Below, piece after piece: positions 54,542 through 64,000 of a stretch of 64,000 nucleotides of DNA (position 1 is the first letter of the stretch; each line of letters begins with the position of its first letter). Origin of the DNA: Nageia nagi (lineage: Eukaryota; Plantae; Pinophyta). The DNA lies in NCBI GenBank assembly GCA_050084985.1, contig JBITNC010000001.1, forward strand, positions 138,694,001 to 138,758,000, given 5' to 3'. The notes under the pieces were generated by a model, which was given only the letters and a program-made list of their open reading frames with translations, was not told where the DNA came from and did no database searches. The position numbers and the translations under genes are program-made.

Positions 54542-57500
54542 TGTGGGAGTCAAGTTGGAGACCCCAGGGAGCCAAAGATGAGTTGGTTATAGGAAGGGAT
54601 TTATAAGAGCAAGAAAATAATTGGTGTCGATTCATTGATAGCCAACAGGGACCTTCACAAATAATATAGCTATATATCATAGTTACTATGCATGATATTA
54701 GATCCATGTGATGTGTATACATTAACAAAATTTACCTTGTAGGATGGGCTATCCCAACAAGTAAACATTTTGGGCTAAAAATTTGATGTGCATTCCAAAA
54801 CCATTTTAAAACAACAAATTATCTATTTTTGAATGTTACAAGAAATATCCTTGATATTTAAATTTGAATTTTCACCAAAGAATTTTAATTTCTATAAGAA
54901 ATGAATCTTGGGTATTGGGGAAAATAAATTTACTTAGGGAGGACTATTTTGGTATTTTGTAAAATTAATGGAGGGAATATCTCCATACATTTTTCTATTC
55001 TTTGTTAGGTGTGTAAATAATTGATAATCCTTTTCCATAAATTTTTGAGCATACCATGCAGTGTACCAAAATATTTTGTAAATCTTGGCAATCACAAATA
55101 AATTTATCAAAATCCTACCATAAAATAATAAGTCTCCCTACCCCTAACGAACAAAAATGTGAGGTGGAAAAATATTTAAATTTTTGGATGGACTCTACCA
55201 ACCTTTAGCTATAAATCAATAGGAGAACACTTAGAAAAATATTACATTTATACACTCATTCTCTCTTCCCAATCTTGGTCTTGAAATCCATGGAGAGGAG
55301 CCATACCTTCTTATTTACTCATTTGTTTTAATTCTAGGTACTTTTCTTACATTTTTGCCCCTAATGCTAGCATGTTTAATTTAATCTATAAATTCTATTT
55401 GAGAATTTTGAAGCCTATTTAAAATGTGGAATTATTTATTTAAAAGATTGTAATGTAAATAAAAAATGTATTTTGTTATTAATACTTTTATGTTGGGGTG
55501 AGAAATGCGAGAATAATAGTACTTTTATTTGACACAATTACATGTGATCTTATTGTATAGATTGTCTATACATGGTTGTGAATGTAATGTACAATTTATT
55601 TAGATATGAATGGAATAAATCCCAATGAAGGAGTAAAAGAGTTATTTTATAGTCTAATTTAAAAAATTAACCTATAGAATTTACAAATTATTTTTAAATG
55701 GTGGAATTAATTATATAAAAGGTTTGATAATATAAACTACTTTGTTTGATTAGAATTTCAGTGAATGGTATAGTGATTTTTGGTCAGATTTGTGTAGCTA
55801 GAATAGAAGAGTACTAGTAGCATAGAACTATATTAATAAATAAAATATCATAGGTACAAGATATATTAGATGTCACTACAAACAAACAAACTATTCTTTT
55901 ACCTTAGGTATTAGAGTTTGAACCATCTGGATGAATGCACAAGACCTTGTTTCATATTTTAGGTGGATGAGTAGGGATGGTTTCACAATGTGGGCAATTT
56001 TGGGTAATTCCAACTCTTATTGGTTTTCCCTTCTTATTCTATACTCTACTTCCTTTGTTTTATGTCGTTGTAGATACTATACCCCACTCTAATTATAGCA
56101 AGGTCAAGACTCTTAATGAAACATCTTTCTTAGAATGCCTTCCTTTGGAATTAGTTTCCAAGTTTTAAAATGGGAAGGTTTTAGTAAGAAATCTTGAATT
56201 ATAGATTGTCTAGAGTATTAATGCTATCCTAGAATTTCCTTATATCCTATCTAGTTTTAGGACATATGAAGCTTTGTATCATCAAAATGTTAATTAGTTC
56301 CTAAATCTCTACTTGAGCACATCTCTCCGCCATATATGCTTGATGGGATAAAATAGACTCACTTCTTAAATATCAAGCAAATGGCATCTACTTTTCTCCT
56401 CACTTTTCCTGATAAATAATGTAGGCATTGAAAGAAATAAATGTAAGGGCAAACCATACAAAATATAATGTCATATTTTCCTAACCTATCACTTATATTG
56501 GGTAGTATATTTCTTTCCCCTACCTTTGATGAATCCTAGGAAAGTTGGATGCACTTAAAAATTTCTCTAATGTGCTTCATTGTGCTTCTAGAAGAAGGTT
56601 GGTATCATTGGCCTAGAATAATGAGTTGAGGGTTCATTTGCTTTAACAACATTTCCTAGGAGCAATTAGTCATGGAGATTAATGAGTTTGGATTGGATTT
56701 GAAGGTGGGCTTCATATTGATGCTTGTACCATTCCAAGGCTCTTTGAGCTACTCTATGGTCACTTGTACTCAATGCCTAAGCACCTTACTCGCCATAAAA
56801 TATTCATTCAATATGATAAAAAATTAAAGCATAAATATTTATTATATACTATGTTTGATCCATTTATCAGTTCAACATTATTGCAGCAACTAGCTATCCA
56901 TATTAGGTATCTTAATATGTATTACTAGTGATCTTTGGATATGATCTGGTATCTCAATCACAACTAAATTTGTATTCATGGTCCTATTAATATGTATATA
57001 AGAGTTAGGATGGCAAAACAATTTATTTCTCTAAAACATTGGGGTGGATTATTATCAAAGATCAATGGAATGATTCTTTATGCGAGTTCTCCCCATCAAT
57101 CCATAGAATAAACATAGATGTGCTCCTTAGTGGTGTCATTATCCAAGGAAATCCATTACCTTCTCTAACTTATTAAGGTGATCCATTCAAAATTTCAAAA
57201 TAAGGGGGAAAAATGAGTTTGAGAACCTCTAGGGGTACTTCATTGTGGAAATCAAACTTTGTCATAATTATTTCAAGCAAATGAATGGTTTATGGATATA
57301 TAAAAATTCTCATTAGGCCTTATTACAATAAAAATACACCTATTATAATAGAGCTTTAAAACTTTAGCATCATTATAGAACCAAACCATGGTTGTTTTAT
57401 TGTTTTGTAAACAAGCATGAATTTATGATCTTTATAGTGTCGAGAAAGGTAACGTAAAACATGAATTAATGAATTAAAGTGACAAATGATTTTTTTTCCT

Positions 57501-59005
57501 AGTTAAGGATATTATTTCTTTGATATAATTATTTACAATAGATGGTTGTAAAATTGTTGATAAAATGGTAAACTAATAGTAGTTTTTAAGTTAGTAAAAT
57601 ATTAGTTAATTTTTAAAAAGGTGTCTATAAAAGATATAATTTTGAAAGTTTTAACGAACCTAATTTTTGACAGGTAATGTTTAGTTTATAGTCATATTTA
57701 TATGAATTGGTCATACACTTGATGTATGACATTGTGAATCATAAAATCTTTCTCTATAATTAGGGAAAGGAGGTAGCTTTAGAGAAAATGTAAAACCTCA
57801 AGAGATCACAAATAGAGTATAACTTAGTTGATTATGGCATTCTTGCATGAAATTGATTGAAAGAAAAGGAATGTATGGATGATACATGGTGCATTTAGGG
57901 TAGGATGCATTATGGTCATAAGAAGAGTTATCCTGATCCTCAATTGCTTGAAAAATCTTTCTTAGTACTAATAATAAACAATTCTTGGATCCTTGGGATG
58001 ATAATGAAAAAGGAGGATGGCATACACTAATTAGATGAAGATGAATCGAAGACCCTCTATGATATAGTGTACATGGATGAACATTCCACATGTTGATGAA
58101 ATTAATATATTGTATTAATCTTTATGCAATACATGTTGTATATTATAGACTCATTTTATTAATACCTTCATAATGTATGATAGGTCAAAAGAGAAGGCCA
58201 TTGTTATATAGATCAATTATGAAAATAAATGTAATTATGTAGATAGTCCATTCTTCTGCATGATAAGTATTTATAATAAAAACCTAAGTATGACTTATTG
58301 TTTATGCTTTTAAAGGGATGTACATAATTTATGAGATTATTTTAAATAAGTGATATTTTGAAAATGATGGAAAAATCATAATTTGCTAAATATAATTATT
58401 TATTTGAACATTTTAATAGGGTTAGTTTGATAAGACAATCACTCTAGAGAAATGGTAAGCTTGCAAACAAACTAGTAAATCAAAATAAAAATTAAAGGGA
58501 TAATAAAAGAATTAGGATTTGAAGATCTAATAAGAAAATCAATATCTTAGTGATTATGATGATTACACTCTAGCATGAAACTAGTTAGAAAACATTCAAA
58601 TATGATGATAAATAGAAATAAAGTGATTAAGATCTAATAGCAAACATAGGTTCAAGATTGGGTAAGTAAAACATTTAATGAGCCACCAAACCTAGCCCAA
58701 TGATTATATAATGAATAACTACTTCAAAATTCAAAGTGATGTACTCATTATGAAAGGAAAATAGTACTCAAGTAAAAACTAAAGCATGATCATCAGAAGA
58801 TATCTCACTCAAGTGAGTTGGGCTTACATGGTGAATGTTTGCTAGTACTTAGCTAGGGATGAAAATATCTAGAGATATTGCAAAGAACTAAAATATATTG
58901 TCAATGTGGGATATGTGTTGCACTGTTATTGACCCTCACATAAGAATTAATTATAAAATAAAGAAATTAAAATTTTTGGTTTTTGTATAGTGGGGTAGCA
59001 TAACA
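54542..59005 (+). mobile_element. Most complete copy of the long LTR (lacks the first ~190 bp)
   Basis: Collinear with 50581-54230 and 44455-47508. Ends GGGGTAGCATAACA, like a Tekay GGG..CGTTACA terminus, then enters host sequence with no PBS. Confidence 0.6.
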
Positions 59006-59199
59006 ACTTCAAATATATCAATTATATTTAAAACTATGCATTTTATATCTAATTATCATATTTTTTAAATACTTGTTTTATTTTCTTCACCATTGAAAAT
59101 ATCACTAGCATTCATTAAAAAATATAAAATATCATGTAAAAAAAATCTAAATATAATCATACATGAATTTATTTATTAAACAAATAAACAACATGCTTG

Positions 59200-59660
59200 A
59201 GCTCATTCACTACTAAGAAAGTTATAGCAAAATATACCTTTACTTATGTTTAGCTTTATTTATAAGTGACTATGTTCAAAACCCTTCGAGGTTAAGAGAA
59301 ATATTATTTAACTAAGTATTCAGTGGTCAAGGGAAACTATGAAAAATGTATTTACCACTACACTTAGATTTCTATTAGGTAGCTTTAGTCCTTCAATAAT
59401 TGCAAAAATGGCAATCATAAATGGACATCACAATTCACATATACAATGTGAATTTGGCCTTTTGTTATACATGAGATATATAATGACTAATATTATAACC
59501 TATTTTCCCACAAGCTTCAAAAAAGTTCTTACCTTATGTCAAGCTCTTGCAAATGTAGGCAATACAATAACATTATCCTTGTTACAAGCTGATCCTAAAT
59601 GGATCAAATCAATAAGAATATGCATAATAGATTGATTTTCAATATCAATTGCACCTTCAT
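59200..59660 (-). pseudogene. Older fragment of the PUB/ARM gene 3' end and 3' flank
   Basis: gcaatacaataacattatccttg...cctaaatggatcaaatcaataagaatat aligns to 3425-3530. The 3' flank aligns to 2950-3270. Confidence 0.75.
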
Positions 59661-59713
59661 TGTTTGGTTATTTTATTATTCCATAACATTTAACAACTTT
59701 TTTTACTACTACT

Positions 59714-60284
59714 TTGACAAAAGAAGGCAAATAGAACTATAATAAATCAAAACCACAAAAATAAAGGTAAATTTAACAAGGTTCATCCAAAGTGGACTAT
59801 GTATTCATAGAAACCTTCAATCCTATTTCAATTCCTCTTCCAAGAAACCAAGAAATACATAAATAATATAATCTTGTTGTAATCCACCTCTTTTGTACAA
59901 CAAAACCTCACTACAACAATAGATTCTCACTCTCTAATAATATCTCAAACACAAACTACAATTTAAATTCACACCAAGGTAATCAATGCTAAGAATCAAA
60001 ACCTTCCCATAACCATGCACAACCCATTGAGGAATATATCCTCAGACTACATGAATACCTTACAGAAAGTCTAATGTATATAAAATACATTATATTTTTG
60101 CACAATGGTTGGAGGATCCCATCCTAATTTATAATTTGGTTGATTTCATATCTTATAAGTTGTATTTAATATCATCTCATATCTCAAATAAGCACCACTT
60201 GATCATAGCTTTGATGATAGCTATGAATCACCAATTTTCTTTCCTCTATGAGTGATCCCTCTTTTATCTTGGGACACTCTTAAT
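59714..60284. mobile_element. Possible Copia solo LTR
   Basis: Copia-LTR-like motif tttaacaaggttcatccaaagtggactatgt and terminus tgggacactcttaata. No TSD resolved. Confidence 0.35.
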
Positions 60285-60291
60285 AATATAG

Positions 60292-60293
<2 letters not shown>

Positions 60294-60380
<87 letters not shown>
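60294..60380. repeat. (TTA)29 microsatellite
   Basis: Perfect trinucleotide run. Confidence 0.98.
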
Positions 60381-60382
<2 letters not shown>

Positions 60383-62839
60383 TCAATCCCTAGGGTTCTC
60401 AACACCAACATTTTTTTCTATTTATATTTATTCTCTTACATTGCCATTACATACATTAAATATACCAAAGAACAAATATTACACATCATATATAATTTAG
60501 TTGATAAGAAATGAATTTATTCTATTGTATTTTAATATTTAGAAGAGGAACAAATTATAATAATATCAAGAAGTCATTTATTTCCTTTTGTGATAGATGA
60601 AAGTACAAATCATAGTTTGGCAAAGTACCTTGTAGTATATGGTACTTTTTTAGATTCATATGAAGTAGAGCCACCATTTTCACAATTAATAAGCTTTTAA
60701 ATATTTATATTGGGAAAGAAAAAAATATTAAATGATGTAGTTAATAATTTAAAAGATTAAAGGGGAATTTCAAGTGATGGTTTGCTAGCAGTTTCTATAG
60801 ATGTGCATCATAAATGGTTAGAAATTAAAATGTATTTATAACATCTTCAAAAAGAGATGTACCAAATTTAATTGATATTCATTACATTGTTCATCATGAA
60901 GATTTAGAAGAAACATATGCTTTTAGAAAAATACTTGAAATATTATATGTTGAGAAATAAGCTAATAAAATTTAGTCTTGAATCCAACATTCTACCAAAG
61001 GACATAATAAGATTCTTGCCTTACAAGAACATATGCAATTACGAGATTATTGCCTTCATATATTGTTATCTTCAACTAACAACTTTTCATTTTCATGAAA
61101 ATATTCCCATATTCCATGAAGAATATTGAGGCTCTCATCAATTTATGACTCTCTCCTTGAGATATGAAAGGAGGAAAATATCCATCTAGCATGATGAACA
61201 TGAAATTATTTCATTAAGCTATGATTGTCTCTTATTAAGTGTTATTATATATATTTTATTTCATGTACTTATAATCATATCATTTTAATTAATATAGTAA
61301 GGTTTACATTTATTTACATAATTTGGTACTACTATTTAATTTGTATGAAGAGTTAGTTTTTATTATTATTTTCATCCTAACATTATGTTTAATACTAAGA
61401 AGAACCAAAAATATTGGTTGAAATTTATTTGTAGTATACTTTAACCCTTTATAAGTTCCAAATTTAATTTATAAATTTAAAGTTAAATCATCATTCTTAA
61501 AAAATTTACATGCATCATTCTTAAAAAATTTACATGTATTTAATAAGATTTTCTATTATTATCTTTTTCTTTTAGTAAAATATAATTTTGCATTCTACTT
61601 TTTCTTCTCTTACAAAAATATTTCTATTGAAAATAAAAATATCAATGGTATAATTTTGTTATATTTTTTTTTACATAGTATTAATTGGTGGGTATATTGG
61701 TTTATCCTACATATATGAAAATGGATATAGAAATAAAGCATCATCTTATGGAAGTACTTAGATAATAGTCCTATTAAAATATTAAAACACATGATGTATA
61801 AATTAATTTTACATGAACAAGGAAATAAGCGAGTTGTTCTCTAAGGTAATAACAAATGGGGCTACACACCTTATATACATTAACCAAAAAATGCTAGTTC
61901 TGTGACTTACCTTTTACCTTGTACAAAGGAGGATCAAGATTATCATTCAAAGGAATTGTTGCTTATACATTATTGAGAGAGATGTTTAATTTTGATTGGA
62001 TGGAAGATTTTTATATTATAATACCAAATATATCAATTATGTTTAAAACTATACCTTCATCCATTGATTTTATTCAATTTTGATAAAGAAATATAACTTT
62101 AATATTGAGCTCAACACTTCTACTTTTGTATAAGATTGTATATTCTTAATAAATTGTGATTATCTAAATGCACATTATATGATTATATGCATCTTATTAT
62201 ATGCTAGATCTAATCAACATTCACCGTAAATGCTTATTGTTTGATGGTCCTCACCTTATTATCATTGAGAATTTAAAACTATTAGAGGACTTAATCTCAT
62301 TGTATGCTAGATCTAATCAACATTCACCCTAAATACTCATTGTTTGATGGTCTTCACCTTATTATCCCAAGAGAAAATGTCATTAACGTTCATAAAAAAT
62401 AGAAAATATAGCTTCCTTCCAACTTGAAATTATCAGCTAGGTAATAAGATATCAATCAAAGGATAATCACACTTACCTTGTTTTGGCTTCAATAAACTCA
62501 TAATATAGAATATGCTTGAGCTCACTCACTATTGGGAAAGTTATAGAAGAATGTACCAAAACACAAAAGTAACTGCTTTACTTATCTTTAGATTTATTTT
62601 TAAGAGAGCAATTTCATGATTCTTTGAGGTTGAGCGATATGCTGTTCTAACTAAATATTCAATGCCCAAGAGGGAAGTAAAAACCATTTCTTGAGTTTAA
62701 AACTTAGGTTTATTTCAGGTAGCTTTACTCCTATAGCAATTGCCAAAATGGAAATCACAAATGGACGTCGTAATTCACATATGCAATGTGAGTTTGTCGT
62801 TCTGGTGTACAAGGGACATAAAATCACTAATGTTCTAAC

Positions 62840-63905
62840 TTATGGAATACGTTCTCCTTTGTTGACAATCTTCAAAAGAGTTCATGTCTTCCATCTGGTT
62901 CTTGCAATGCCATTCTGTGCAAGTTTAACTATGTCATTATATACAGCAAGCTGCGATGTTGTCCATAAATGATAGGAATCATTTATACCCAATGCAAGCA
63001 ATACAACAACAACAATCTCCTTGCCACGAGATGAGCCTAAATGGATCAAATTAACAAGAATATGAATAGCAGATTAATTTTCAATGGTAATACTACCTTC
63101 CTGATGATTAGTGAGTATTGCAAGAATAGTAAGAACGTCATCCACAATTCCAATGGTTTGCTCAACAATAATTCCATAAAAGTAGGAACAACTCTAGCAG
63201 AGACAGCCCAAACTTTGTTTCATTGGTAAATGAATAAACTGAAGAGAGGAGTAGTAGAACCCTTCTTCTCCTTGGAGTTTCATCTCAAAGTAGATCAACT
63301 AAAGGAGGGATAGCTCCTGAAGCTCCAATACTAATTTTGTTCTCATCCACAACAGATAGTCTAGGAAGACTCGTAGCAGCATTTTCTCTTGCTTCTATGC
63401 TACTATGCTTTATTACTTTTATTAAGTAGCTAATAGGTCATGCTTGAACAGTTAGTCCTTTGTTACTACTATCAATAGATAAATTTAGAAGATCTATCAC
63501 TTCATGCTGTTGGGTTGCAACACAACTTGATGATAACAATTGTAGTAAGTTTGGAATAGCTCCAGCCTTGGCAATTAAAAGCCTCTTATCTGAAATTCTC
63601 TTTGCAAGTAGGTAAATTTCTTGTGCAGCAGTTCTTTACACATCTGCTTTTCTACATGAAAGTTTTAAACTAAAATATATATTCCTTATTGATATTCGAA
63701 AGGAATATGAGATGTTAGTGGATGTACCAGACCGATTGGGACCTGCTCTACTCGGAACTTCAACACCATGTTTTTCACACCATTGAACAATCGAGCTTTA
63801 AAGAACATAATTTGGTGTTAAGAGTTAGGTGAGACAAGACTTGCTTGGTTTTGACGCATGTTTTATGGCTTCTATCAAACTATTTCTGAATGCTTGATTG
63901 ATCAC
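62840..63905 (-). pseudogene. Plant U-box/ARM E3 ligase pseudogene (PUB15-like), copy 2
   Basis: SSIQK*FDRSHKTCVKTKQVLSHLT/LTPNYVL*SSIVQWCEKHGVEVP (U-box C-half), ARM repeats, and C-terminus LLKIVNKGERIP* resembling the PUB15-type ...E.IP* ending. Multiple stops and frameshifts. U-box N-half not seen in the window. Confidence 0.9.
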
Positions 63906-64000
63906 ATGGTAAAACATTATGATAAATTTCTTAATTCCTATTTGGGTAAGAAATTATCCTTTTTCTATAATATGCTCTTCATGGTAAAACGGAAATTTAG

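Noticed and set aside
40460-59005. Tandem integrated virus (geminivirus or pararetrovirus) concatemer
   Set aside because: No Rep, RT, movement or coat protein motifs recognised, and no conserved nonanucleotide stem-loop.
60252-60500. 82-aa ORF with a poly-Leu tract
   Set aside because: It is the translation of the (TTA)29 microsatellite.
1-64000. CRISPR arrays, rRNA/tRNA genes, alternative genetic code
   Set aside because: No regular repeat-spacer array or RNA gene seen. tRNA-like bits are PBS or B-box relics. Recurrent in-frame TAA/TAG/TGA are explained by C>T deamination.

Overview
Very AT-rich plant nuclear DNA. The TE styles and heavy C>T decay suggest a gymnosperm, which is an inference. 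I found no intact protein-coding gene. The window is a nested duplication array of two dead host genes, both on the minus strand. One is a BPS1/ROH1 (DUF793)-family gene with four remnants (~5.1, 8.8, 15.0 and 28.5 kb). The other is a PUB15-like U-box/ARM E3 ligase (3.3 and 62.8 kb, plus an older fragment at 59.4 kb). Positions ~4.9-39.2 kb are three deletion-eroded copies of one tandem unit. Positions 1-4.3 kb recur at 60.9-64 kb. Positions ~40-59 kb are shattered copies of what appears to be a ~4.8-kb Tekay/Del-type Gypsy LTR with an unexplained coding-like core. Also present: a 269-bp TRIM with 64-bp LTRs, a 908-bp TIR element with a paralogous empty site, a non-autonomous Copia-type LTR element, Copia and Gypsy polyprotein relics, microsatellites, a 100-N gap followed by homopolymer-error-rich sequence, and many microhomology and templated-insertion repair scars. 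All alignments and translations were done by eye.
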